In this document: positions 42,774-53,947 of the stretch, piece after piece | How positions within the stretch are numbered: position 1 is the stretch's first letter | How the letters are laid out: each line of letters starts with the position of its first letter | Made by a program: the position numbers and the translations under genes | Assembly: GCA_008369845.1 (NCBI GenBank) | Contig: MRSU01007380.1 | Span: 1 to 64,000 of the forward strand | Source of the DNA: Trichomonas gallinae | Lineage: Eukaryota | DNA length: 64,000 nt | Reading direction: 5' to 3' | Notes under the pieces: generated by a model | Databases searched by the model: none | Told to the model about the DNA's origin: nothing | What the model saw: the letters and a program-made list of their open reading frames with translations, nothing else

Positions 42774-43823
42774 ATGTCGTCCGTGTTTCAGTCCTTTTCG
42801 GCTGATGAAGTGGAGAGCATCAAGTCTGTGTTGATGATTGGGCAGCAGGGTGATGACATGCTCCTGCGGAACTGCAGCCGTCGTCCTCTTGCCGAAATTC
42901 GTGCTTTTATCAGAAGATTCAAGAAAAATCTCGCGGACCCTTCAGTAAGTTCGGAAGAAATCGCTAATCTTGCGAATCAGCAGTATGTAGCCATCATAAC
43001 TGCGGCAAGAGCTAAGAGAAATATTCACCCGCAGTCGATGTCTAGTGCACATTCGATGACAAACTTATCCTTGCCATTTCCTAACCCTCAAGACGCACTG
43101 CCACTCAAATTTAGAGCAAAATTCAGCCGTTTAGACACAGAAAAAGAAACAACGAATCAGAAGCCTTTATTTACAACGAGATCTCGCTCAGTTGCCAACG
43201 GATTGGGCAGTGAACTACTACAAAACAAGACAAAAATTGACATTATACCTCCAATAGAGATAAATTTCCCACATGCATGCAGATCTCCCGAAGAAATCAT
43301 CCCTGGAGACCTAGCTGCCGTACTTAAGTCCCAGGCAGGCCCCACTATCATATGCCGTGTCATAGCCTTGAAAGAATTCTCTGGGAAGCCGCACGCGCTC
43401 GTAGCTTTTTTCCTGCAGGAATACAAGCCATGCTGGGTCCCTCTCCACCACCTAGTCATGCTAAAGCATGAGGCGGACACAGACCTCGAGAAGGCTGAGG
43501 AAGAATTGACTGTAGACACGATATTCAAGAAAATTATGGTTCGAGCGCAGTCTGTCGTTTTAGACAACAACGACATCGACGATCTCGAAGCTGGAAACGT
43601 GCTTCAACAGCAGCAGCGCAAAAATATCCTATTCCAGGCTCTCGCTTGCGCTGCGCAGCTTCAATTAATTAGTTTTGGGGCTTCTTGGGAAATTCCTAAA
43701 GATAAGTTCAAAATTATCATGCGTGAAGTTAATAAGCTTAGTCAGCCTCGATTTAAGTCTACAGAAGAAGTTAATTCTCGATGCATGAAATTAATTGAAC
43801 AAATTTTAGAGTATATTCATTAG
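42774..43823 (+). CDS. Hypothetical nuclear protein, possible SANT/Myb-like plus Tudor-like domains
   Basis: 349-aa ORF with GTCACTTT at 42748. FSADEVESIK..RPLAEIRAFI, and PGDLAAV..ICRVI..ALVAFF..CWVPLHHL beta-barrel pattern. Confidence 0.75.
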   Translation: MSSVFQSFSADEVESIKSVLMIGQQGDDMLLRNCSRRPLAEIRAFIRRFKKNLADPSVSSEEIANLANQQYVAIITAARAKRNIHPQSMSSAHSMTNLSLPFPNPQDALPLKFRAKFSRLDTEKETTNQKPLFTTRSRSVANGLGSELLQNKTKIDIIPPIEINFPHACRSPEEIIPGDLAAVLKSQAGPTIICRVIALKEFSGKPHALVAFFLQEYKPCWVPLHHLVMLKHEADTDLEKAEEELTVDTIFKKIMVRAQSVVLDNNDIDDLEAGNVLQQQQRKNILFQALACAAQLQLISFGASWEIPKDKFKIIMREVNKLSQPRFKSTEEVNSRCMKLIEQILEYIH

Positions 43824-44290
43824 AACTTAAAATATAGATGTTTATTTACTAAAATTTATCTCTATTTTATATGTAATTGCTTATATATATAAAATATTGT
43901 TTTATATTCTACAAACATATAAAATCAATCATCGAATCGATTTCATTAGATTGTAGTCTTGTAATTTGTCGCATGAGTTATTGTCTAATTCGTGATAAAT
44001 AAATTAGATCATTAATAAAACTGTTTTATAAAATTCTGTGCTAATATATAGTTAACTATACCCTTCAACTTTGCAATGATTAAGACTAAATGACGCAAGC
44101 CAGGATTTATTAAACGAAAACCAAATGAGCAAAATAAATGAGGGGAAATCCGATCAAAAATAGGGGGTGACACAATCATGTAAATTCCGGAAAACGCAAT
44201 TTTTTATTCCAGTTATGTTGTAGATTAAGCTGATTATGAATTTGAAAATCTCTCTCAAAAGTTACAAAATTTATCTGTGAAATTTAGTCC

Positions 44291-44542
44291 TGACACGTAA
44301 AATGACATTTTGTGTCTTTTCGATTTGATTCTAAAAATATATTATACATTATATAATGATTCTAAAAATGAAAAATAGATGTCAAAAAGAAAGGATTTAA
44401 TTCATAAATTTGTCATGTAAACTGACATTTTGTGTCTTTTTGTTCTAATTTTAAAAATATATAATGCAAAAAAGAAAGTTTTGAAATATGAAAAATAGAT
44501 GTCAAAACGAACAAATTTATTTTATAAAATTGTCACGTAAAA
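44291..44542 (+). repeat. Imperfect intergenic tandem repeat, 120-bp period (2 full units plus start of a third)
   Basis: TG(A/T)CAYGTAAA at 44291, 44411 and 44531. TGACATTTTGTGTCTTTT and ATGAAAAATAGATGTCAAAA are repeated at +120. Confidence 0.85.
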
Positions 44543-44791
44543 TACAATTGTAATTTGAAAATAGCAAAAATGTCAAATCATTTTAAAAACAAATAAATCG
44601 AAATAAATATGATAAATATGCAATTATATAGAATATAGTGTCAGAAAAAGTGAGGGTATTGCCAATGTTTTACATGAATAATCGTCAAAGACTCAAATCA
44701 CATCGTTAAAAATTCAAACGAAGAATATTGTTTTAGGATGGAAGCACATGCAAATGAACAAAATTTTGTTGATGAACAAAAAAAAATCACA

Positions 44792-45922
44792 ATGGGAAAT
44801 ATTGAAAGCACCGAGATTTCCCGCCAGAGAGGACAAGCAGCCGCAAATGCCATGAAACGTAGGAGGCCACCGGCGCAGCCTACGGGAGGTATGGATAAAA
44901 TCAGAGATACCCACTTGCAGGCCAAATGGTCCGCATACTTGCCAAACTCCATAACTCCTGAGAATAGGAATGATGTTTTCTCTTGTTTCATCTCAGAAAG
45001 AGATATCGCGATTATGGGATACGGTGTAATGGAAAACGGTCAGTATCTTAATGATATCTGGGCCTTAAATATGCGTAACGCCATCTGGCAAAGGCTCAAT
45101 TTCACCGGCTATGTTCCTCCAGCACGCAGTGGCACGACTGCTGTCGTGTACGGAGCCACGATTTACCTGTTTGGCGGTGAATGTGGTTCTACATACTTCG
45201 CCGATTTTCACACAATCGATTTAAATTCAATGACAATTCAACAGATCCGCTGCGATACGCCTATGCCTTGCCCGAGAACAGGACACGTCATGGCGATACG
45301 CAATCAGCAGATTATAATTTGGGGCGGATTCAACGACCAAATTCTCGATGACCTGTGGCTATATGATATACCATCGAATACATGGAGAAATCTCCCGTCT
45401 GACGTTCCAGGAAGAGATCACGCATGCTGGGCTGTATTGAATAACAAGTTATATATTAGCTGCGCCTCAAAAATAGATGACATGATCATTTACGACTTCG
45501 ACACACAAAAGATAGATAGCATAGTTGTAACAGGCTCGCCTCCTTCATTCGGACTCAAAGGCTCATTCCTCATACCTGTCGACCGATATCTGTTTCTCAT
45601 CGGTGGTTTCGTCGATAAGCAGAAATTCGCCATGGTTCGAGCATATGATACCGTTAAAAATTGGTGGTTTATATTTTACATAGTTCCAGATGACGACACT
45701 ACGACAGTAGCAGACGGAGGTGTTGATTCCTCTGGCATTTTCTTGGTTCCAAGAATGTCTGGAGGTGTCTGCGTCTTCAGGACTTCTACAAGAGATATTT
45801 GTGTTACTCTTGGAAGGCCTTTCTTCTCGCCACCACCAATATTCGTATTCCATGTCGCAGAGGGCATCGCCATTATGAACCAACAGCTTGATATATTGGA
45901 TATGATGAAATTGGGATATTAA
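44792..45922 (+). CDS. Kelch-repeat beta-propeller protein, predicted N-myristoylated
   Basis: MGNIEST start (an alternative ATG lies at 44738). Kelch blades PPARSG..IYLFGG, PCPRTGH..IWGG, LFLIGG. Confidence 0.88.
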   Translation: MGNIESTEISRQRGQAAANAMKRRRPPAQPTGGMDKIRDTHLQAKWSAYLPNSITPENRNDVFSCFISERDIAIMGYGVMENGQYLNDIWALNMRNAIWQRLNFTGYVPPARSGTTAVVYGATIYLFGGECGSTYFADFHTIDLNSMTIQQIRCDTPMPCPRTGHVMAIRNQQIIIWGGFNDQILDDLWLYDIPSNTWRNLPSDVPGRDHACWAVLNNKLYISCASKIDDMIIYDFDTQKIDSIVVTGSPPSFGLKGSFLIPVDRYLFLIGGFVDKQKFAMVRAYDTVKNWWFIFYIVPDDDTTTVADGGVDSSGIFLVPRMSGGVCVFRTSTRDICVTLGRPFFSPPPIFVFHVAEGIAIMNQQLDILDMMKLGY

Positions 45923-46164
45923 TAAATGTATACTATTGTTCCTGATCTTTGTTTCCAATGATCGGCCATAGTTGAATAGAAGCACAAAAATAATAACGCT
46001 AGCGAAACAAAAAAACATGATATTATAAACTCACTATCAGACAACCAGCATATCATAGCAAGCCACAGCAGTCAATAACTACTGAATAGCAAACCAAAAA
46101 AAAACACATAGAAAATTTAAATATAGAAAAAACAGTACAATTTATTGATTAATAACGCGGTTAA

Positions 46165-46824
46165 TCATTGAACCTTTGCGCATGAATAAAAATGAAGCGC
46201 ATTTATCGTCGATGGTTGAAGCGAATCTAAGTCTATATTTGTACTTTCTGTATTTATCTCTAATTGAGGCTGTAACTCTTTTATTATTAAATATATTTCT
46301 TTCTTATATTGTTTGTTCTGTAACAATGAGTTCAAATTCTCAACAAGATCATCTAAAATCCTCTGGTTGATTTGTGCTGACTCTGATCCTTTCTTTATTG
46401 CTGATAAAACAAGTGGGTCAACACCCTGAGGGACAGGAGTCTTTGTAACTAACTCTGTGAATTGTTTAAATGCATTATTTAATTTTTCGTAAATTAATTG
46501 AGGATCTTGTGACATCAATACGTCTGCCTTCTTCTTGAATACCGAAAGATCGTACTCAGCAATCTTGTGCCATACAGAATCATTTGGATGATATTTCATT
46601 GCATTGTCGAAAACAAGAACCATGTCTCTGTACCATTCTGTCATTGTATCATATGAATTTTCGTTCAACTTATTGCGAATTGTTTCAAAATCCATTGGAC
46701 GCTTAACAAATTGATCGTAATTGGGCACTTCATCCTTGTTCAGCTTGCTGAAGAATATCATAAGAGGGTGTTCATAGCATTCTTGAGTGATTTGTTTGCA
46801 AACTGAAACAACACTCGCGTTCAT
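46165..46824 (-). CDS. Bromodomain protein with C-terminal ET-like region
   Basis: PNYDQFVKRPMDFETIRNKL..Y..WYRDMVLVFDNAMKY; IDLDSLQPSTINAL. Confidence 0.9.
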   Translation of the reverse strand: MNASVVSVCKQITQECYEHPLMIFFSKLNKDEVPNYDQFVKRPMDFETIRNKLNENSYDTMTEWYRDMVLVFDNAMKYHPNDSVWHKIAEYDLSVFKKKADVLMSQDPQLIYEKLNNAFKQFTELVTKTPVPQGVDPLVLSAIKKGSESAQINQRILDDLVENLNSLLQNKQYKKEIYLIIKELQPQLEINTESTNIDLDSLQPSTINALHFYSCAKVQ

Positions 46825-46971
46825 CAAAAAAATATTATTTAAAAAAATCAAAACTCAAAATATAAACTCTTCTATTATAGATATGTCTATTTTTTAGAGT
46901 TTTGGGGTGTTGGATGACGATTATAATTGGCACTTTTCGTAAATCGTCACTTTTTGGTTATATCTTCTACA

Positions 46972-47739
46972 ATGTCTAGTGTTATTGCTAAGATGAAGAA
47001 AGAGTCTAAAATTTTAGGCCAGAAGATCAAAGAAAAGACTGGCCTTTCAAGCTCTGATGTCGATCCGGTTTATCAGAATGCCTGCGAGAAATATAAAAAG
47101 TTGAATGAAGAGTTTAACCAAATCAAGTCTGATATGGATGTTATTATAGACTCCGCACAGAAGGCATCACAGTCCGGTGTTGAAATGGCCAAAGTTTTGG
47201 CTAAGGCCGATGAAAACAGTGGAAATACATCGAAGGAGATCCTCAATCCTATAACAACATTCTTTTCGGCCGGTGAAAAGAATGTTAAGGAGAAATTCAC
47301 CGATCCAGCTGGTGAAAGAATCATGACTAATTTCACTGAAGTTCTCAAGAAGATGGAATACCTCGGCGAACTCAAGAAGAAGAGAGATAACACATCATAC
47401 TACGTTAACTCGTTGAATGGATCAATCAAGAAGCTTGCAGATCAAAATGATGCTGAGAAGCTCACAAAAGTTAAGATCGAGCTTGCTCAGAATCAAGAAG
47501 ACCTCAAGAACCAGACAAACGAATTTGTTACAGCAGTAAATGAGATCTACAACAACAAAGTTAATATAGTCGAAACTGCAATGCAGGAATTCTTCGCTAT
47601 CTCATTCAACTTCGCTGTTGAAATGAACAGAGATGTTAATATGCTTTCCCAAACAGTTAATTATGAATACGATAAAAGAAATGTTGCACCAGGAGCTACT
47701 CCATACTATCCCCAGGTCCCAGGATATGGAACAAACTAA
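46972..47739 (+). CDS. BAR-domain-like coiled-coil protein
   Basis: N-terminal amphipathic helix (KILGQKIKEKTG, DPVY), helical bundle, KKKRD. GTCACTTT at 46946. Confidence 0.7.
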   Translation: MSSVIAKMKKESKILGQKIKEKTGLSSSDVDPVYQNACEKYKKLNEEFNQIKSDMDVIIDSAQKASQSGVEMAKVLAKADENSGNTSKEILNPITTFFSAGEKNVKEKFTDPAGERIMTNFTEVLKKMEYLGELKKKRDNTSYYVNSLNGSIKKLADQNDAEKLTKVKIELAQNQEDLKNQTNEFVTAVNEIYNNKVNIVETAMQEFFAISFNFAVEMNRDVNMLSQTVNYEYDKRNVAPGATPYYPQVPGYGTN

Positions 47740-48216
47740 CTTTATCCATATAAGTTGATACTCAAATAATGTTTTAGTTCACTGAAAGTGTCAACATTAT
47801 AAAATTATTTCTCTTTTTACTATGAAAATCCCATGCTAAACTATTTCATTCTCATACATTAGCCTTTAACTGTTTTGCTTACTGATAAATACTGCATAAA
47901 AACTTTAAAAAAAACAAAAAAAAATATTTTGGATTTTTAATATTATTGTTTAATTATTATCTAAATCTATAGTAATTTAATTTAGAAATAGTTTTGTTTA
48001 TTTGATATTTTGATTTTTAGGATTTTTCATGTTAAAAATGTAGAAAATGATAAATATTTTGGATTTTTCCAAAATAAGGATTTCGAAATCATTGCAAATC
48101 TGACGAAAGAGTAGCTGAACCTTTGATTGAATTTGATATTTTAGATATAAACATGACGTACAAGTCGTATATTTCATGATAAGATAAAAATGACATCCTT
48201 ATTTTTTTTTCACCGA

Positions 48217-49080
48217 ATGTGGTCTGGAGATGCTCATTATTCGGACTCTCAGTTCATCCAAATTAGCATGACGTGTCCTATTCACTTCTTCCGCGATAGA
48301 GCACATGAAAATTCATGGGAATATCGCGAATTAGGTGAAAGAAAAAATCCTGAGGCCGTTGTCTTTCTTCCTGGCATCAGAGAGACCGTAAATTCCTACT
48401 TCCACCTCATGCCTGCCATAAATAGCCGCGGATACAGAGCAGTAACCATTTCTTACAAGAATTCGGATAATTTTAAAGACTTCGCAGATGGCTTCAATGA
48501 GCTGATGCTGCACTTACAGATCAGGACAGTTCATCTCGTTGGCAATGATTTAGGTGGATTCTTGGCGTTACAGGTTTCATCTGCGCCTAAAAAAGTATTT
48601 TTAACAAAATCGATAGTTCTCATAAATTCTTATGCTACAAACTCTCAGTTCAAGGTAGGAGGACTCAATTTCGGATTACTTAAACTCATCTCAGCAAAAT
48701 CCGATATTCTCGATGAATTTTCGAAATTCGATGTTTACTCGAATATGTCTAATTCATTGTTATTTGTTACTCACGAAATCGAAACTCTTTCATCCGATAT
48801 TGCACGCGCGCGCGTTCAATTAAGACAATCGAAAGCACTTCCATTAGATTTACAAATTCCTCAAGAAGCTGTCATGGTTGTCGATGTGGCAGATAAGAAA
48901 ATACAGTATTCTGAGGATTCCGATCCTATGAAGAAATTTTCGAATGCAATTCTTTCTCTTATGAAAGAAGGCGGCGACTGGCCACACCTCGAAGTACCAC
49001 AGGATTTAATCCAGTATTTACTTGTCCATTTGAGAAAATGGGGACAACCTTTCGAAGTTGAAGAAAAGGAGTCAAACTAA
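48217..49080 (+). CDS. SPG21: Maspardin (SPG21)-like alpha/beta-hydrolase-fold protein
   Basis: WEYRELG..VVFLPG, GYRAVTI, VHLVGNDLGGFLA, SIVLINS, MKEGGDWPHL..YLLVHLR. An alternative ATG lies at 48190. Confidence 0.75.
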   Translation: MWSGDAHYSDSQFIQISMTCPIHFFRDRAHENSWEYRELGERKNPEAVVFLPGIRETVNSYFHLMPAINSRGYRAVTISYKNSDNFKDFADGFNELMLHLQIRTVHLVGNDLGGFLALQVSSAPKKVFLTKSIVLINSYATNSQFKVGGLNFGLLKLISAKSDILDEFSKFDVYSNMSNSLLFVTHEIETLSSDIARARVQLRQSKALPLDLQIPQEAVMVVDVADKKIQYSEDSDPMKKFSNAILSLMKEGGDWPHLEVPQDLIQYLLVHLRKWGQPFEVEEKESN

Positions 49081-49217
49081 TGGGATCACTGTATGTTTTG
49101 GTCGAAAGTGTATTGTAATTTTTAAACATCTATCGAAAAATATTTTATTCAAATAGATTTATATAACAAAACAACAACTATTCATTCTATCATACATGTA
49201 TTTGAAATATAAAGAAA

Positions 49218-50438
49218 TCAGTACATTGCCGGCTTGGGTTTCGGTGACATTATCTTTGTTGCTTGAGGCACAGCAGATTTCGGTTGTACAGGGCCTGGCT
49301 TGATAGGAGGCGCCTTCAGTAGCACTGATCGTCTTCTTCCCTGAGCGTTTGTTCCGACAGGGCCAACAGGGAGGACAATCGATGGGCGGCTTGGACGTTC
49401 TGGATGACCGCCGACGGGACCAATAGGTCTTGGCAGTACTTTAGTCGGGAATGATGGAATTGATGGAAAACGGTTAGGATTCACCATAGAATATAACATA
49501 TTTGTAATTCTGTCTCGCTTCAATATATTGAACGTAACACCTTCTTGTCCACCTAAATCGACGCCGTTTTCATTTGATATTCTGTTCACTTGTTCTAAAA
49601 TCTCGGAATCGAGATGGTTGAAGTTTTCAACGGACATTTCGCAGACCTTCTGATAATCAGCGAGCCATGGATGTTGGATAATCTCTTGGAATGATATTCT
49701 ATCTTTAGGGTCTTTGACCAACATTTTCTCCAACAGGTCTTTAAGCTTTGGAGAAAAGTGTGGTGGATATGTTACATTTCTGTAAACGATTTTCTGCATC
49801 AATGATTGAATGTTTGGATCATCGAATGGCAAATATCCAGCACAGATTGCGAAAAGTAAGATTCCAGCACTCCATGTGTCTGTAGAGAAATCATACGGAC
49901 GTCCTAATATCATTTCTGGTGAAGCATAGGCCGGGGAACCACAGGCAGTTTGCATCAATTTATCTTGTTGCTTAGAATTACTGAGACCAAAGTCAATAAT
50001 GCGAACGTTCTTAAATTTGTCGAGAAGAACGTTTTCTGCTTTCATATCTCGATGAGCAATTTGACATTTTGTGTGTAAAAAATTCAAAACGGAAACAATC
50101 TGAGCGAAGTAGAGTCCTGCTTCTTTCTCAGATAAGTTTCCTCCTTGATTAACATAATCTAAAATTGTACCATTTTCAGCCATTTCCATAACAATATAAT
50201 AATTATCGGGAGATTCGAAGAAATCAAAGAACCAGCATACAAATGGGTGTTTTACTATCTTGAGAATTTCAATTTCGCGCTTTACTATTTGATCTTGTGT
50301 TGGATCTTCGACAAAATTCTTTTTCATGACCTTTATCGCTACGGGAATGTGTGTAAATTTGTGTATAGCCCTGTACACAGACGAGAAACCACCTTGTCCA
50401 ATTTTATTTAGGACTTCATAATCATCTAATGGTTCCAT
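49218..50438 (-). CDS. CAMK-group (SNF1/AMPK/MARK-like) Ser/Thr kinase
   Basis: GQGGFSSV, VAIK, HRDMKAEN, DFG, TACGSPAYASPE, DTWSAG. ATG at 50438. Confidence 0.95.
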   Translation of the reverse strand: MEPLDDYEVLNKIGQGGFSSVYRAIHKFTHIPVAIKVMKKNFVEDPTQDQIVKREIEILKIVKHPFVCWFFDFFESPDNYYIVMEMAENGTILDYVNQGGNLSEKEAGLYFAQIVSVLNFLHTKCQIAHRDMKAENVLLDKFKNVRIIDFGLSNSKQQDKLMQTACGSPAYASPEMILGRPYDFSTDTWSAGILLFAICAGYLPFDDPNIQSLMQKIVYRNVTYPPHFSPKLKDLLEKMLVKDPKDRISFQEIIQHPWLADYQKVCEMSVENFNHLDSEILEQVNRISNENGVDLGGQEGVTFNILKRDRITNMLYSMVNPNRFPSIPSFPTKVLPRPIGPVGGHPERPSRPSIVLPVGPVGTNAQGRRRSVLLKAPPIKPGPVQPKSAVPQATKIMSPKPKPAMY

Positions 50439-52740
50439 TTTGATCAAAAATCTAAAAATGTAAAAAAATTGAAAAAGTGACAATTATCTACACATCCGTT
50501 TCTACCATTTTACATCATATTGACTCAGGAATTATTTTCTATAAAATTTTTTATCAAAACTTTTTTGCAAAATTCATTATTATATATAGTTACCCATTTA
50601 AAAATGTTATTTTTGGTTTGAATGTCTTATCAAAATTTTGTTTGAATTTTAATCGTCTATTCAAATCAGACAACACTCAAATATTTGATATTTTCGTTTA
50701 TAGAGTCGAAAATCCTGGTTCACTATCTTTATACAAGACTTTTTGCTAGATATAATTTGATCCGTTTGCGCGCAAAGTTAAAAATTTTGAAAACATTTTC
50801 AGGACGTGAGAGCGCATTAAAAATACTACAAAATTATAATAATTAAAAATATGATTATTTTTATTTCTTAAATAATCAATTTTGAATTGAAAATAATCGT
50901 AATTTACTTAATCCTTTTTTGAGAACTGTTACCTCATCAAAATTAATCTTGTTGAAAGACTGTTATGTACTTTCAGAACCGGAGATGATGACGAAGAGCA
51001 TGCCATATTGGAATGGTTTGACTTTCATATTCTTTTATCTGCCAATTTAAATATTGCACATTCCATATACCGCACTACCACACGATTACATTGACACAGG
51101 AAAGCATCAATCTACTTTCATTAGAGCGATTCGTTGTAGTTTCATTGTTTTTTTCATCTTCGGATTATATTTTGACATGTAAAATAGCAAAAATTCGACA
51201 TTTTTGAAAAAAGTCAGATCTGTAACGAAGGGTCACATAGATGTACCAAACAACAGGCTACCAGTCAACACTTATCAGTTTTAGGTACTATCCAAATGAA
51301 ATCCATTCATAAAGTTTGGCTTTTATGCAACTCATAATAGGTATTAATAATTTATACAGTTTTATTGCACAGAATTACCATGATATAACTGGCATATTGT
51401 AGAATTATCGAAAATCATCATGTTTAAATGGGAATATGAAAGAAATGAGAGATAAGAATAAATTATATTTCTAATATATGTAATATGATATCAACGATAT
51501 GAATACAGAAGTTTGCTACTTCATTAGGCTTGATTCAAATTTATATGTTCAATCTTAATATTCAATCTTGTTTAATATATGAATCAACTGATAATACTTA
51601 GAAGACTCAAAATAATTACAAAAATAGATTCATTTGAGTCTATTCTGCAAAATAAAATTTATATATATTTGCAAAACTTTAAAGTTCGTCTTTGTTATAA
51701 ATACCATCTAATTTGGAACTATCTATATTTGCATATTATGATAAGTTATAGATAAACCCAAAAACAATACAATATTTTATGAAATTATATCTAAATAGAT
51801 AAAGTTGGAATAGATGATTAGATTCACAAAACCATGTATAGTAAAATTCATAAAGCACATGTCCCAAATTTTTCAACCCACTATTGCGATTAACAAATAA
51901 AGTCTTGTTTTTTTTATACTATGTATAAATGGATTACAATGAAGAATGCTAAAAGAATACTCAGCCCCAACCTCATCATTGTCGTATGCTACCATAAAAA
52001 AACCAATTCGATATTCAAAACAATCAATAAAATCGAATTTATTTCAATAACAATTCATTTTTGAAGAAATTTTAATAATTATATCATTAGAGACAATACT
52101 ACTCTATACTATTTTCTTATTTTGAATCTAAAAATTCTTTTAGAAACCAAGAATTTCTAAACTTTTCACATTCATGAAAAATTAACCCATGGAGACAATA
52201 TGATTTTGTTATTTATGTTACAAATGATCCATAATGATGAATACAAAGAGAAATATCGGATCTAACAAGTTTGTTGTCGTATATTTCACTGAATAACAAA
52301 TTCCTACAGCAAAAAATTTCAAAATTTCACTCACCTAATGGATGTATAGATCTATAAACACTCAATTCCAAAAACTTGATTAGTTTACACAAAAAATCAA
52401 GAAAATTTTGCGAAATCATTCAAAAATTTATTTGTCAAATCTAAGAATACACATTTTATCGTATAATATGTGATTAGCAAAAATGTTTTCATCAAAAAGC
52501 AACAATTTTTGAACGAAATCACACAAAAATTCACTCGTCACTTTGACTTATACATTTGTTTAAATGCAATCTATCAAATAAAATAGTTTTTGGTGAAAAA
52601 TCAAAAATTTATCTGAGCAAAACTTCACAAATCAAGCTGAAAACAAGAAAAATAAAGATTTTATGATATAAATAATCTAAAAATGCAATAAAAAGAGGAA
52701 AAATAAATTTTTGAATTCCGTCGGTTTTGACAAAATAAAA

Positions 52741-53340
52741 ATGTCGTCACCGAAAACAATTAAAGTCGTCGTTCTTGGTGATACAGGTGTTGGTAAGACC
52801 ACACTTATTCACCAGTTCGTCAATGGTGAGTTCGTTGCTGATTTTAAAGCAACGATAGGTGCGGATTTTTCATCAAAAAATATGACAGTAGATGGACAGC
52901 GTATATGCATTCAGATTTGGGATACAGCTGGACAAGAGCGTTTTCATGCTGTTGGTGCTACGTTTTATCGTGGTACAGATGCTTGTATTCTTGTCTACGA
53001 CTGCACACAAATGGATACATTCAACCGCTTAAACTTTTGGAAAGAAGACTTATTCACTAAAACACAGATGCCGCCGGATCCAAAATTCCCGATAATAATC
53101 TTCTCGAATAAATCCGACTTAACCGATCAAATACAAGTTAATCCTGGTGACGCCAAACAGTGGGCTGAGCAGAATGGATACCCAATCTTCCATGTCTCTG
53201 CAAAGACAGGAGAAAACGTTCAGGATGGATTCTTAAAGATTATACAAATCTTCTTTGCTAACGCTAGGGATACTAGTAATAAGCCTCAGATGACTCTTAA
53301 GCTTACAGAAACAAAGAAGGAACAGAAATCTTGTTGTTAA
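52741..53340 (+). CDS. RAB7: Rab7-like small GTPase
   Basis: GDTGVGKT, FKATIGADF, WDTAGQERF..FYRGTDACILVYD, NKSD, SAK, C-terminal CC. Confidence 0.88.
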   Translation: MSSPKTIKVVVLGDTGVGKTTLIHQFVNGEFVADFKATIGADFSSKNMTVDGQRICIQIWDTAGQERFHAVGATFYRGTDACILVYDCTQMDTFNRLNFWKEDLFTKTQMPPDPKFPIIIFSNKSDLTDQIQVNPGDAKQWAEQNGYPIFHVSAKTGENVQDGFLKIIQIFFANARDTSNKPQMTLKLTETKKEQKSCC

Positions 53341-53947
53341 TTTTTATATTTTCATAGTATTTTGTCTTTTATGTTCAAATAAGAAAAAATTATAATAATT
53401 ATGTAAATTACATAAATAATTGGTATAGTTTTATACTATCTCAAGTTAATTTGCTTCATATTTTAACTTTTTTCGCGATTAGTCTTTAATAAAACATACA
53501 CTCAATAAACTACCTCATTAAATCAATCACCACCAAATTTTTGGAAAATTCTTCAAATTCTCCACGAAAAATTTTGGAAAAATTTCAAAATTTTGGTAAA
53601 ATCTAAAATTTATTTTATTAAATCATTTTACATCTAAAATCAAACAATTTTTATTATTTAAATTTATGAAAATTTATAAAATATTAAATAAAAATCTATA
53701 ATTTTGAATAATTTTTAGATATTTTCGGATTTTTAAGCAAAATTTTTCGATTTGTTTTTTTTAAATATAGAACCATTATATATAGCATATCAAAAATAAA
53801 TAAGAAATTTATAGCATTCATCGATAAAAAACTGCATTTTTGTGTAAAATGTTATAAAAATTGAAATTTACGATAAAATATAGTTTAAAAAGTACAAAAA
53901 TGATAAAATCAGAAACAAGTGAATTTGATGAAAAAGTGACAGTTAAC

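Noticed and set aside
33973..44542. CRISPR-like interpretation of the 20-bp and 120-bp arrays
   Set aside because: Eukaryotic context, only 3 units, wrong repeat and spacer sizes, no cas genes.
50985..51045. Box C-like ATGATGA suggesting a C/D snoRNA
   Set aside because: No terminal CTGA box D or flanking stem. The 50900-51170 region looks more like an unidentifiable decayed ORF.
51190..52700. 1.5-kb ORF-free stretch with small AT-rich inverted repeats (e.g. AATAGATTC-ATTT-GAGTCTATT near 51623)
   Set aside because: No TIR/TSD pair or transposase remnant recognised; such hairpins are expected in very AT-rich DNA.
46972..53340. Apparent cluster of trafficking genes (BAR, maspardin, Rab7; also VPS26C with AP-mu at 542-3445)
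   Set aside because: Trafficking families are greatly expanded in trichomonads, so adjacency is expected by chance. No synteny evidence is available here.
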